Positions 29,293-39,319 are shown, counted from the stretch's first letter. The stretch is DNA of 64,000 bases from Tagaea sp. (GCA_965279565.1 OZ257249.1:3644750-3708749); one strand, 5' to 3'. Program-made: numbers and translations. Notes: generated from the letters alone by a model not told the origin.

Positions 29293-30230
29293 ACGGGGCC
29301 GGCGGCATGCCGCGCCACCAGCAGGCGCTGTTCGGATGCATGGTCCTGTTCCTGGCCATCGCTCCGTTCATCATCTATCCGGTCTTCCTGATGAAGGTGC
29401 TGTGCTTCGCGCTGTTCGCGTGCGCCTTCAACCTGCTCGTCGGTTTCGTCGGCCTGCTGTCGTTCGGCCATGCGATGTTCTTCGGCGGTGCCGCCTATGT
29501 CGCGGCGCACAGCGCGAAGATCTGGGGTTTCCCGTTCGAACTTGCGGTCCTCGCGGGCACCGCGACCGCGGCGATCCTCGGGCTTGCGGTCGGCGCGCTC
29601 GCCATCCGCCGGCAGGGCATCTATTTCTCCATGATCACGCTGGCGCTGGCGCAGATGGTCTACTTCTTCGCGCTGCAGGCGCCGTTCACCGGCGGCGAGG
29701 ACGGTCTGCAGAAAGTGCCGCGCGGCAAGCTGCTCGGGTTCATCAGCCTGCAGAGCGACCTGACGCTCTATTTCGTCGTCGCAGCGATCTTCCTGGCGGC
29801 GTTCCTCGGGATCTACCGCATCGTTCACTCGCCCTTCGGGCAGGTCCTGAAGGCGATCCGCGAGAACGAGCCCCGCGCGATCTCGCTCGGCTACAAGGCC
29901 GACCACTACAAGCTGACGGCTTTCGTCCTGTCGGCAGCGCTCGTGGGCCTCGCCGGGTCGGTAAAGTCGATCGTCTTCCAACTCGCCTCGCTTACCGACG
30001 TGCACTGGACGATGTCGGGCGAAGCCGTGCTGATGACGCTGGTCGGCGGCATGGGAACCATCTTCGGGCCTATTGCCGGCGCGGTCGTGATCATCACGAT
30101 GGAAAACTACCTTGCCGAACTCGGCTCGTGGGTCACCGTCGTGCAGGGCATCGTCTTCGTCGCCTGCGTGCTCGCCTTCCGGCGCGGCATCGTCGGCGAG
30201 ATCGCACGCGTGATCAAGAAACCCCTCTAG
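29289..30230 (+). CDS. Branched-chain ABC permease (LivM-like)
   Basis: GLLSFGHA, TGGEDG, AIRENE and LVGGMGT motifs. Confidence 0.93.
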   Translation: MNGAGGMPRHQQALFGCMVLFLAIAPFIIYPVFLMKVLCFALFACAFNLLVGFVGLLSFGHAMFFGGAAYVAAHSAKIWGFPFELAVLAGTATAAILGLAVGALAIRRQGIYFSMITLALAQMVYFFALQAPFTGGEDGLQKVPRGKLLGFISLQSDLTLYFVVAAIFLAAFLGIYRIVHSPFGQVLKAIRENEPRAISLGYKADHYKLTAFVLSAALVGLAGSVKSIVFQLASLTDVHWTMSGEAVLMTLVGGMGTIFGPIAGAVVIITMENYLAELGSWVTVVQGIVFVACVLAFRRGIVGEIARVIKKPL

Positions 30231-30300
30231 CCGCTTTGTCCGAATCGGGCCGGTCGACTACCCTTCTCCAAAACAAGCAAAACGAGAAGGAGAAGCCGGC

Positions 30301-31590
30301 ATGCTCGAACGTTATTTCGGCCTTACGGCCGCAGGCACGAACGTGCGCACCGAGGTCGTCGCCGGGCTGACGACCTTCCTGACGATGGCTTACATCATCG
30401 TCGTCAATCCTTCGATCCTCGAAATCGCCGGCATGGACCGGAATTCCGTGTTCGTCGCGACCTGCCTTGCGGCGGCGTTCTCGACGGCGATCATGGGGCT
30501 CTATGCCAACTATCCGATCGCGCTGGCTCCCGGAATGGGCCTCAACGCCTTTTTCGCCTTCGGCTTGGTCAAGGGCATGGGCATGTCGTGGGAGACGGCA
30601 CTCGGTGCCGTCTTCTGCTCGTCGGTCCTCACCGTGGCCCTGTCCGTCAGCCCCGCTCGCGCGTGGATCTTCGACGGCATCCCGCGCGCCCTCAAATATG
30701 GGATCGCCGGCGGTATTGGGCTCTTCCTGGCAATCATCGGCCTCAAGAACGCCGGGATCGTCGTGGCGCACCCTGCGACCCTGATCACGCTCGGCGACAT
30801 GCACCAGCCGGCCGCAATCCTCGCCTGCCTCGGCTTCATCGCGATGGTGGCCCTCGAGGCGCGCAAGGTGCCGGGTGCCATCGTCATTGCGATTCTCGGG
30901 ACGACGGCGGTCGGCATCGTTCTCGGCCTCACGCCGTTCCACGGCATCGTCTCGGCTCCACCCTCGCTGGCGCCGACGTTCCTGAAGCTCGACATCTGGG
31001 GCGCGCTGCAGGCCGGCGTCATCTCGACGATCCTCGTCCTGATGTTCGTCGACCTGTTCGATACGGCCGGCACGCTGGTCGGAGTCACCCAGCGCGCCGG
31101 GCTGATGACCAAGGACGGCAAGCTGCCGCGCCTGCGTCAGGCGCTGGTCGCAGATTCGTCGGCATCGCTCGTCGGCTCGCTGCTCGGCACCTCGAACACG
31201 ACCAGCTACATCGAGAGCGCCGCCGGCGTGGAAGCCGGTGGACGGACCGGCCTCGTGGCGCTCGTCGTCGCGGGCCTGTTCCTGCTGGCGATCGTCTTCG
31301 CTCCGCTGGCGAATTCGGTTCCCGGCTTCGCCACCGCACCTGCCCTCATTCTGGTCGCGTGCTACATGACCAAGGGTCTCGTCGATCTCGACTGGTCCGA
31401 CATCACCGAATACGGCCCGGGAATGGTCGCGGCGATCACCATGCCATTCACCTTCTCGATCGCGCACGGCATCGCGCTGGGCTTCATCGCGTACGCCGCC
31501 GTGAAGACGCTTGCCGGGCGCGCCGGTGAGGTTTCGGGAGCGGTCTGGACGATCGCGATCCTGTTCGTGCTGAAATTCGCGTTTCTCTGA
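30301..31590 (+). CDS. NCS2 family AzgA-like guanine/hypoxanthine permease
   Basis: EVVAGLTTFLTMAYI, APGMGLNAFF, FDTAGTL, TTSYIESAAG and GGRTG motifs. Confidence 0.92.
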   Translation: MLERYFGLTAAGTNVRTEVVAGLTTFLTMAYIIVVNPSILEIAGMDRNSVFVATCLAAAFSTAIMGLYANYPIALAPGMGLNAFFAFGLVKGMGMSWETALGAVFCSSVLTVALSVSPARAWIFDGIPRALKYGIAGGIGLFLAIIGLKNAGIVVAHPATLITLGDMHQPAAILACLGFIAMVALEARKVPGAIVIAILGTTAVGIVLGLTPFHGIVSAPPSLAPTFLKLDIWGALQAGVISTILVLMFVDLFDTAGTLVGVTQRAGLMTKDGKLPRLRQALVADSSASLVGSLLGTSNTTSYIESAAGVEAGGRTGLVALVVAGLFLLAIVFAPLANSVPGFATAPALILVACYMTKGLVDLDWSDITEYGPGMVAAITMPFTFSIAHGIALGFIAYAAVKTLAGRAGEVSGAVWTIAILFVLKFAFL

Positions 31591-31611
31591 CCGGTGCCCT
31601 AGTATGGGAGG

Positions 31612-32469
31612 ATGGAAAGCAGCGAGATCCGCATCCTCGGAGAAGCAGACCGCACGGAACTGACGCAGTTCCTCGAGCGAACGCCCGACACGGCGATGTT
31701 CCTTCGCTCGAACCTGCGTCAGGCGGGCATCGTGGACGCTGGCAAGCCCTATCAGGGCACCTATGTCGGCGTCTTCGAGGCTGGCCGCCTAGGCGGTGTG
31801 GCGGCCCTGTACTGGAACGGCAACATGATGTTCCAGTGCGCGATCGGCGATGCCGTGCGACTGGCGAACGAGACGCTTGCCGCGGCCCTGCCGCGCGCCT
31901 GTTCGGGCCTGCTGGGGCCCGGCGCACTGCTCGAGGAAGTCATCGCGCTCCCCCCCTTCTCGCTTCGCCGCGCGCGGATGGCGTCGCGTCAGGATCTCTA
32001 CGGAATCGACCTGCCCGAGCTGGCGCCGGCCACGCAGATGCTTGCCCGCGTCCGGCCGGCCACGCCGAAGGACCGCGAGGAGCTATCCGGCTGGCGGCAT
32101 GACTATCTCTGCGAAACGCTCGGCGCGGAACCCGGCGACTTCACGCGCCAGCGCGCCGGCGAAGAGATCGACCGGGCGATCGAAGAAAGCCGCGCCTTCG
32201 TGCTCGCCATGGCCGACAATCTGCTCGCCTATGCAGGGTTCAACGCCACGCTGCATGACATGGTCCAGGTCGGCGGCGTCTATTGCCCACCCGCGGAGCG
32301 CGGCCTCGGCTACGCGCGGGCCGCCACGCATGGCGCCCTGCTCGCCGCACGGGCGCGCGGCGTGAAGCGCGCAATCCTGTTCACGGCCGAGGACAACATT
32401 GCCGCGAAACGCTGCTACGAAGGCCTGGGGTTCCGGCGCGTCGGCGATTACGGGATCGTGATCTACTGA
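31612..32469 (+). CDS. GNAT family acetyltransferase (C-terminal GNAT domain)
   Basis: QVGGVYCPPAERGLGYA and NIAAKRCYEGLGF motifs. Confidence 0.85.
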   Translation: MESSEIRILGEADRTELTQFLERTPDTAMFLRSNLRQAGIVDAGKPYQGTYVGVFEAGRLGGVAALYWNGNMMFQCAIGDAVRLANETLAAALPRACSGLLGPGALLEEVIALPPFSLRRARMASRQDLYGIDLPELAPATQMLARVRPATPKDREELSGWRHDYLCETLGAEPGDFTRQRAGEEIDRAIEESRAFVLAMADNLLAYAGFNATLHDMVQVGGVYCPPAERGLGYARAATHGALLAARARGVKRAILFTAEDNIAAKRCYEGLGFRRVGDYGIVIY

Positions 32470-32642
32470 TCGTCGCGACGGTTCCCGTCGAGCGCGCGTT
32501 CAGCGATCGCGCGACGGGCCGCCTCGACCTCTCGCTCCGCCTTGCTCCTGCCGTGTTTCGCGCGGTTTTCCGCTGCCGTCGCGTCGGCCTCGCCCCGGGC
32601 CTTGCGTTTGCGAGCCTGTTTGAGATTGACGATCTCGCCCAC
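32463..32642 (-). CDS. DUF4169 family small protein
   Basis: GEIVNLKQARKRKAR...NRAKHGRSKAE...LDG; GTG start. Confidence 0.85.
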   Translation of the reverse strand: MGEIVNLKQARKRKARGEADATAAENRAKHGRSKAEREVEAARRAIAERALDGNRRDDQ

Positions 32643-32680
32643 CTTGCCTCCGCCTGCCCGTTCGCCCCATAGTCCTGCGC

Positions 32681-33241
32681 ATGGTGCGCCGCGACACGCC
32701 ACGAACATACGACGGAATTGCCCGGAGCATCCACTGGCTCACAGTGCTGCTCGTCGCGATCCTGTTCGGGCTCGGCTTCTACATGACCCGGCTCGACTAC
32801 TCGGACTGGAAGGTGCGGGTCTATTCCTGGCACGAATGGACCGGGCTGACCGTTTTCCTGCTTACCGGCCTTCGTCTCGCGTGGCGCCTGCTGCACCCGC
32901 CGCCGCCGCTTCCGCCGTCGGCCTGGATCGAGCAGATCGCGGCCCATGCGACGCACGTGCTTCTCTATGCGCTCATGCTCGTCATGCCCGTGCTCGGGTA
33001 TCTCGGGTCGAACGCGTTCGGATTTCCGGTCCGGTGGTTCGGCGTGATCGACCTGCCCGATCCGATCGGAAAGGACGAAGTCCTCGGCGAGGCCTTGCTG
33101 CTCGTTCATGTCTGGCTCGGCTGGCTGATGGGCGCGACGCTGGCACTCCATGCAGGTGCTGCGCTCTACCATCACTTCGTGCGCCGCGACCCGATCCTCA
33201 CGCGGATGCTTCCGGGCGTGAAACCACTAGGCGACGAATAG
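32681..33241 (+). CDS. Cytochrome b561 (YceJ/CybB-like)
   Basis: Four TM helices with His ligands (IHW, WHE, VHV, LHA...HH). Confidence 0.9.
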   Translation: MVRRDTPRTYDGIARSIHWLTVLLVAILFGLGFYMTRLDYSDWKVRVYSWHEWTGLTVFLLTGLRLAWRLLHPPPPLPPSAWIEQIAAHATHVLLYALMLVMPVLGYLGSNAFGFPVRWFGVIDLPDPIGKDEVLGEALLLVHVWLGWLMGATLALHAGAALYHHFVRRDPILTRMLPGVKPLGDE

Positions 33242-33345
33242 TTGGCTGGAGAGTTCGCCACCTTAAAGTATGTCTATTTGATCATGCAATCTAATATTGC
33301 TACAATTCGGATCGCGATATGCCGGCACGATCTGCCGATCCGAAA

Positions 33346-34920
33346 TCACCCCTCCATGGATGTCCAGCTCTGCTCGCGCATGAACTGCGGAACGTAGAAC
33401 GGTCCGAGCCCGCCCTTGCCCGTCGTACCGGATCCCTTCCAGCCGCAGAAGCTCTGGATGCCCGGCCATGCGCCGGTGGTCGCCCCCGACCGGCGGTTCG
33501 CGTAGAGCACGCCAGCCTCGGCACGCGCAAAGAAATAGTCGATCTCGGCCGTATCGCGTGCATAGCAGCCCGCGGTCAGTCCGTATGCGACCCCGTTCGC
33601 GAGGCCGATGGCATCCGGCAGGTTGTCGAAGGTCTGGACGGACAGGACCGGCAGAAACAGCTCCTCCCGATTGAGGCGGTGCTCCGGCGCCAATCCGGCA
33701 AAGATGGTCGGCTCGACATAGCAGCCATGGTCGTAGAGCCCGCCGGCGAGCCGCCGGCCGCCGCGAATGAGGCGTCCGTCGCGCCCGGCCTGCCCAACGG
33801 CGTCCGCAAACCGCGCACCCGCGGCAGCATCGACGACCGGTCCCATATAGACATCACGCAGCGACGGGTCGCCGATCTTCAGCGCTGCGGTCTTCTCGAC
33901 GAGCTTTATAAGGTACGGCTCGAATACAGATCGTTCGACATGGACGACCGAGCCCGCAGAGCATTTTTGCCCCTGCAGGCCGAAGGCCGAACGCATCGTT
34001 CCCTCGGCGGCGACATCCAGATCGGCGGTTGCAGTAACGAATGTAGGATTCTTGCCACCCATCTCCGCAATTACCGGACGCATCCAGCTTCCCGACGCGG
34101 ACCGGCGCAGCATGTCCATGCCCACTGCATTGCTGCCGGTGAAGACGATCCCGTCGATACCCGGATGCGCGGCAAGGGCGGGGCCGGCTTCGGCGCCGCA
34201 GACGAGATTGAACAGGCCCGGCGGCAAGTCGGCAGCTTCGAAACACTCGGCCAGCAACGCACCGCACAGCGACGCCTTCGGTGACGGCTTGTAGACGACC
34301 GCGTTCCCGCCAAGCAGCGCGCCGGTCATCATGCCCGCCGACAGCGCCAGCGGGAAATTGAAGGGCGCGATGACGGCGAACACGCCGAAGGGGCGCAGCA
34401 CGACGCGCGTCGCCTCGCGCGGAAACGCCCGAGCCATCTCGCGCCCGTAGCCGCCGTTGCGCTCCATCTCGTCGGCATAGTAGCGCAGCATGTCGACGGT
34501 CTCTTCGACCTCGCCCATGGCTTCGGTGCGCGACTTCCCGACCTCGATCAGGCAGGCAATTCCGAGCGCATACTTGCGCTTCTCGATGACCGATGCGACG
34601 GCGCGGATCGTCCCCACACGGCTGGTCCAGTCGCGCTGGCCCCAGTCGCCCGCAGCCTTGCGGGCCGCCTGGACGGCACGATCGACTGCGTCGGAATCGG
34701 CGGCAACGAAACTGCCGATCACCTGCCGGTTGTCGATCGGGCTGGTCGTCGAAAAGCGCATCCCGCCCTCGTCGGGACGCCCCGCAATCCGATTGGGGTG
34801 AAATTTTCCAAGCCCCGCCTTGACGGCTGGAATCTCGCGATCGAGGAAGTCGTGCAGCGGCGAAAAGTCGACACCGATATTCGAATAGGTCACGCGCGGC
34901 AGCATGGTCTTGTCGGCCAT
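33346..34920 (-). CDS. Aldehyde dehydrogenase (P5C-dehydrogenase-like)
   Basis: IAPFNFP, FTGS, EMGGKN, GQKCSA and EELFLP motifs. Confidence 0.9.
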   Translation of the reverse strand: MADKTMLPRVTYSNIGVDFSPLHDFLDREIPAVKAGLGKFHPNRIAGRPDEGGMRFSTTSPIDNRQVIGSFVAADSDAVDRAVQAARKAAGDWGQRDWTSRVGTIRAVASVIEKRKYALGIACLIEVGKSRTEAMGEVEETVDMLRYYADEMERNGGYGREMARAFPREATRVVLRPFGVFAVIAPFNFPLALSAGMMTGALLGGNAVVYKPSPKASLCGALLAECFEAADLPPGLFNLVCGAEAGPALAAHPGIDGIVFTGSNAVGMDMLRRSASGSWMRPVIAEMGGKNPTFVTATADLDVAAEGTMRSAFGLQGQKCSAGSVVHVERSVFEPYLIKLVEKTAALKIGDPSLRDVYMGPVVDAAAGARFADAVGQAGRDGRLIRGGRRLAGGLYDHGCYVEPTIFAGLAPEHRLNREELFLPVLSVQTFDNLPDAIGLANGVAYGLTAGCYARDTAEIDYFFARAEAGVLYANRRSGATTGAWPGIQSFCGWKGSGTTGKGGLGPFYVPQFMREQSWTSMEG

Positions 34921-34935
34921 TCTTTCGGTCCTCGG

Positions 34936-35673
34936 CTAGAAAAGGCTTCCCTGTCGCCCGTCTGGGCCTGACTTGCGCGACTTCGGCTTTGCGAAGGGTT
35001 CGGGGTCGGCATCCGGCGCCGGCTCGTGGCAGCCAGAATCGTCGTGACGCACGTTGTTGACGTAAGTCGAAACACGGAGATGGTCAAACCACTCGCTTGG
35101 CGGCGCGCGCACGAGTTCCCGGGCATCGACCGCCGGGTCGAGCCACGCGGCGTAGTCCGATGGCGCAAGGATGACGGGAACCCGGTCATGGAACGGCGCC
35201 ATGATCTCGTTCGCTGCCGTATTCAGGATCGTGAAGGTCTCGAGCACTTCGCCTTTGGGCGGAATCCAGCGTTCCCAGAGCCCCGCGAACGCGAACGGCT
35301 CCCGGTCGCGCATCCGGAACAGGAGCGGCTGCTTCGACTTTGCAGCCACAGTCTGCCATTCATAGAATCCGTCAGCCGGGACGAGGCACCGGCGTTGGCG
35401 GAACGCCTGCCGAAAGGCAGGCTTGTCGTGGACCGTCTCGCCGCGCGCATTGATCATATGGCTCTGAAGCGTCGTGTCTTCTGCCCAGTAGGGCACGAGC
35501 CCCCAGTTCAGCATGCAGAACTCGCGCGATCCGTCGCCCGCAAGTCGCACGACGGGCGCCGCCTGCGTGGGCGCCACGTTCCATCTCGGCTGGAGATTGA
35601 CCGGCGCACCCTCGAGTTGGAAGGGCTTGCGCAAAGCATCGACAGGGGTGGTTATCGAATATCGACCGCACAT
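34936..35673 (-). CDS. SOS-response-associated peptidase (SRAP/HMCES, YedK-like) abasic-site DNA-protein crosslinker
   Basis: Start set at MCGRY (Cys2 is required). NVAPTQ, WGLVP, INARGET, DGFYEW and HDRVP motifs. Confidence 0.93.
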   Translation of the reverse strand: MCGRYSITTPVDALRKPFQLEGAPVNLQPRWNVAPTQAAPVVRLAGDGSREFCMLNWGLVPYWAEDTTLQSHMINARGETVHDKPAFRQAFRQRRCLVPADGFYEWQTVAAKSKQPLLFRMRDREPFAFAGLWERWIPPKGEVLETFTILNTAANEIMAPFHDRVPVILAPSDYAAWLDPAVDARELVRAPPSEWFDHLRVSTYVNNVRHDDSGCHEPAPDADPEPFAKPKSRKSGPDGRQGSLF

Positions 35674-35720
35674 TTGGGGTATTGTAAGGCAAAGACGGTC
35701 GTCGTACGACATGTCCGAAC

Positions 35721-36506
35721 ATGACAATCGCACGCCACGATCTTGCCATGCTACGCCCCGCCGTCATCGACCTTGTCCGTCGGGCCGGCGCCGCGATTCT
35801 CGAAATTTATGAAGGTGCCTTCGCCGTTCGCGACAAGGCCGACCGCACGCCACTGACCGAAGCCGATGAACGGTCGGAAGCATTGATCGTCACCGGGTTA
35901 AAAAAGTTGACGCCCGACATCCCCGTCATCGCGGAGGAGTTGCAGGCCCGCGGCGAAGGCAAGTTCCCTACTCCCGCACCGCCCGAATTCTGGCTCGTCG
36001 ATCCGCTCGACGGCACACGCGAGTTCGTAGCGCGCAACGGCCAGTTCGCCGTGAATATCGGGCTGATCCAGAATGGACGACCGGTCCTCGGTGCGATCCT
36101 TTCTCCGATCGATGGAATCGTCTGGTCCGGGATCGTCGGGGTCGGTGCCTGGCGCCAGGCTCGCGACGGCACGGAAACGCCGATGCGCGCGCGTGCAAAA
36201 CCCGACAAGGGTATCGTCGTGGTCACGTCGCGCAGCCATGCTTCGAGTGCCGAAGGCGCGGTCGCATCGGCGCACCGGATCGCCGAGCATCGCCAACTTG
36301 GATCGGCCCTGAAGTTCGGCCTGATCGCCGAAGGTTCGGCCGATCTCTATCCACGCATGGGGCCTACAAGCGAATGGGACACTTGTGCGGGCGAAGCCCT
36401 GCTCGTCGCCGCAGGCGGTCATGTCGAACGGATAGATGGCCGCCTGCTCGAGTACGGGAAACCCGGATTTCTAAATCCGGACTTCGTTGCCCGCGGCTCG
36501 TGGTGA
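35721..36506 (+). CDS. cysQ: 3'(2'),5'-bisphosphate nucleotidase
   Basis: LTEADERSE, VDPLDGTREF, VTSRSH, GSALKF and EWDTCAG motifs. Start may be 35748. Confidence 0.9.
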   Translation: MTIARHDLAMLRPAVIDLVRRAGAAILEIYEGAFAVRDKADRTPLTEADERSEALIVTGLKKLTPDIPVIAEELQARGEGKFPTPAPPEFWLVDPLDGTREFVARNGQFAVNIGLIQNGRPVLGAILSPIDGIVWSGIVGVGAWRQARDGTETPMRARAKPDKGIVVVTSRSHASSAEGAVASAHRIAEHRQLGSALKFGLIAEGSADLYPRMGPTSEWDTCAGEALLVAAGGHVERIDGRLLEYGKPGFLNPDFVARGSW

Positions 36507-36510
36507 GCCG

Positions 36511-39228
36511 CTAGCCGGTATTCCGCATCCCTGCGGCAATCGCGTTGATCGTCAGAAGCAGCGGTTCGCGCCAAGCCTGACCGCGCGCCCCTCTCGCCCG
36601 GCGCAGCAGCCGAACCTGAAGTGCGTTGACGGCATCGAGGTAGGGTGAACGCCGGTCGAGCGTGGCGGCAAGTCGCGGATTGTCGGCCAGCAGCCGGGGT
36701 CCGCCGGTGATCTGCTTGAGCCAGCGTTCCGAGAGACGGAACTCGGCCTCGATCCGCTTCCAGATGCGCGCGGCGACCGCCTTGTCCTTCGCGAGGCCGA
36801 CATAGAGCGACGCAATCGCCGGATCGCCTTTTGCGAGCGCCATCTGGACGTTGTCGACGAAGTGCCGGAAATACGGCCAGCGCCGGTACATCAGGCGCAG
36901 GCGCGCAAGATGGCGCGGGCTCTGCGCGGCAAAGGCAGCGAAGGCCGAGCCCACGCCATACCAGGCGGGAAGTGCCAGACGCGCCTGCGACCAGCCGAAA
37001 ACCCACGGGATGGCGCGGATTGCCCGCAGCGACTTGCCGCCCTGCGGACGATGCGACGGCCGCGACCCGATATTGAGCGAGGCCAGTTCGCTGACCGGCG
37101 TGACGTCGTAGAAGAATTCGAGGAAGCCAGGCTCTCCGGCCACGAGATCGCGATAGGCGGCCATGCCGGCGGCAGACAGCGCCTCCATCGCCGCGGAGAA
37201 GCGTCTATCGACGCCAACGCGCTCGCCCGACGGCGGGAACGTGGCGCGCAGCAATCCAGCCAATGCGGTCGAAAGCTCGTACGTGGCCGTCGGCCGATTC
37301 GAGTACTTGTAAGACAGAACTTCGCCCTGTTCGGTATATTTGAGCCGTCCATTTGCCGCCGTACGAGGTGCTGCAGCGATCGCGTCGTAGACCGGTCCGC
37401 CGCCGCGCGCGTGGCTGCCACCGCGGCCGTGGAACAGCAGGAACGGCACGCGATGCTTTTCGAAACACGTCGCCAGCGCCGTCTGTGCGCGATGCAGATG
37501 CCAAGACGAAGCGAGGATGCCCGCATCCTTGCAGCTGTCGGAATAGCCGAGCATGATTTCTTGGGTTCCGCCGGATGCATCCAGCAGAAGGCGATAGGCC
37601 GGCGCCGCCAACAGCCGCTCGACGATCGCGGGGGCGGCATCGAGATCGGTGGCCGTCTCGAACAGCGGCGCCACCCGGATCTGTACGACGAGCTTTCCCG
37701 CAGCATCGAAGGAGACAAGCCCCGCCATCCGCGCCAGGAACAGGACTTCCGCGACGGCCGTCGGCCGGTCGGACATCGAGACGACGTAGGTCCGGATCAC
37801 CTCGGGCCCCAGTTCTGCGCGCAACGTGCCGATCGCACGCAGCGTCTCGAGCACCTCGTTCGTCGATGCCGAGAGACTTCCGCCCAGCAGAAGTGTCGGC
37901 CCGGGGCGGGCCGCAAGCGTGAGGAGGAGGTCGAGCTTCGCCTCCTCCGACATGTCCGCATACGGCGACTGGCCCGGCAGGCAGGAGAGGATTTCGCTGA
38001 CCGCTTCGCGATGGCGTGCAGCCTCCTGGCGGACATCGAGGCGCACCAGATGGAAACCGAAGGAAACGACGAGCAGGATCAGGTCCTTGAGCGCCCCTTC
38101 CGCAAGCCGCGCATCGCCGTCGGCGACAAGGGCCTCGCGGATCGCCTCGAGATCGGCGCTGAGCGCCTGTGGGTTCGCGTATCCGTCGTGCGACAGGCGA
38201 TGCCGAATGAAGGCGAGCTTGCGCCGGTAAGGTTCGTGCGCGAAACGCGACGGCTGACCGGTGAACGGTGCGGCGCCGAGTTCGGCTTCGTCGCGCGCAA
38301 GGCCCGCGACGAACGAGGACGGCAGGCGCACATTCGCCGCCGCATGGGTCAGCGTCCCGATCAGCGTGTCGATGCGGTTCATGTACGCGTCCCGGATCTC
38401 GGCCGCATGCGTGCGCGCCGCGCGCAGCGTCGTCGCCGCCGTGACGTTCGGATTGCCGTCGCGATCGCCGCCGATCCACGAACCGAAGGCGATCGCGGGC
38501 GGCGCGCGGAACTCGCGGGCCGCCGCGCCGTAGACGCGCCGGACGGCGGCTTCGAGGTCGCGCAGCGTCTGCGGAACCGCGTCGAAAAGGGCCGCACGGA
38601 AGAAGCGCAGGCCATTGTCGATCTCGTCATCGACGGAAAGCTTGCCGGCGCGCAGCGTGCTCGTCTTCCACAGGACGGACATTTCCGCACGCAGGTCGTC
38701 GAGGGCGGCCGCTTTCGCGACCGGATCCTCGTCCGCCGCAACGAGACGGGCGACGAGATCGAACAGCCGGCGATGGCACTTCTGCACCGCCTGGCGCCGT
38801 GCTTCGGTCGGATGGGCAGTGAAGACCGGCATCAGCTTGAGCGAAACGAGCCGTTCGCGGAACGTCGCGTAGTCGACGCCCTCGGCCTGAATCGCCGTGA
38901 TCGTGGCTTCGAGGCCGCGCGGGCTCGCCGTGCCTCGGCGTTCGTCCGCAAGCAGCGCCTCGTCGGCGATATTGACCACGGCGAAATAGGCTGCGAATGC
39001 CCGCGCGACGATCCCGGCGGTCTCGGGCGACGCGCGCTCGACCGCACGTGCCGTGCGAGCGACCTCGCGTGGCGAAGCGGTCCCGGATTTGCGGAGTGCC
39101 ACGAACCCGCGCCGGAGGCTTTCGACCGTCCCGAACGCGGCTTCGCCCTCGTGCGCATCGATCACTTCGCCGATCAGGGCGCCGACCAGACGCATGGTCG
39201 TGGCGCGCCGGCGATTGCGGTTCTGCAT
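36511..39228 (-). CDS. ppc: Phosphoenolpyruvate carboxylase
   Basis: VFTAHPTE, GGDRDGNP, GYSDSCKD, FHGRGG, TEQGE, RAIPWVFGW and GMRNTG motifs. Confidence 0.95.
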   Translation of the reverse strand: MQNRNRRRATTMRLVGALIGEVIDAHEGEAAFGTVESLRRGFVALRKSGTASPREVARTARAVERASPETAGIVARAFAAYFAVVNIADEALLADERRGTASPRGLEATITAIQAEGVDYATFRERLVSLKLMPVFTAHPTEARRQAVQKCHRRLFDLVARLVAADEDPVAKAAALDDLRAEMSVLWKTSTLRAGKLSVDDEIDNGLRFFRAALFDAVPQTLRDLEAAVRRVYGAAAREFRAPPAIAFGSWIGGDRDGNPNVTAATTLRAARTHAAEIRDAYMNRIDTLIGTLTHAAANVRLPSSFVAGLARDEAELGAAPFTGQPSRFAHEPYRRKLAFIRHRLSHDGYANPQALSADLEAIREALVADGDARLAEGALKDLILLVVSFGFHLVRLDVRQEAARHREAVSEILSCLPGQSPYADMSEEAKLDLLLTLAARPGPTLLLGGSLSASTNEVLETLRAIGTLRAELGPEVIRTYVVSMSDRPTAVAEVLFLARMAGLVSFDAAGKLVVQIRVAPLFETATDLDAAPAIVERLLAAPAYRLLLDASGGTQEIMLGYSDSCKDAGILASSWHLHRAQTALATCFEKHRVPFLLFHGRGGSHARGGGPVYDAIAAAPRTAANGRLKYTEQGEVLSYKYSNRPTATYELSTALAGLLRATFPPSGERVGVDRRFSAAMEALSAAGMAAYRDLVAGEPGFLEFFYDVTPVSELASLNIGSRPSHRPQGGKSLRAIRAIPWVFGWSQARLALPAWYGVGSAFAAFAAQSPRHLARLRLMYRRWPYFRHFVDNVQMALAKGDPAIASLYVGLAKDKAVAARIWKRIEAEFRLSERWLKQITGGPRLLADNPRLAATLDRRSPYLDAVNALQVRLLRRARGARGQAWREPLLLTINAIAAGMRNTG

Positions 39229-39319
39229 CCGTCCCCCCCTCCGAATCCGGCAGAATCTCGTGCAAAATCCGGTCCGGGAACTGATACGATCAGCCACCAG
39301 ATCGAGGGAGTGAGAAAAT

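Noticed and set aside
33319-34284. 321-aa plus-strand ORF just after the orphan promoter
   Set aside because: It is fully antisense to the ALDH gene, has an Arg/Ala/Gly-rich shadow composition and no SD. Ribosome profiling would be needed to revive it.
35674-35720. Expected LexA box upstream of SRAP (and of dinB at 51812-51838)
   Set aside because: No GTTC-N7-GTTC or GAAC-N7-GAAC match was found, so SOS regulation is not supported from sequence.
37390-37440. PEPC loop variant FHGRGGSHARGGG
   Set aside because: Both Arg residues keep canonical spacing and the other catalytic motifs are intact. Treated as ordinary divergence.
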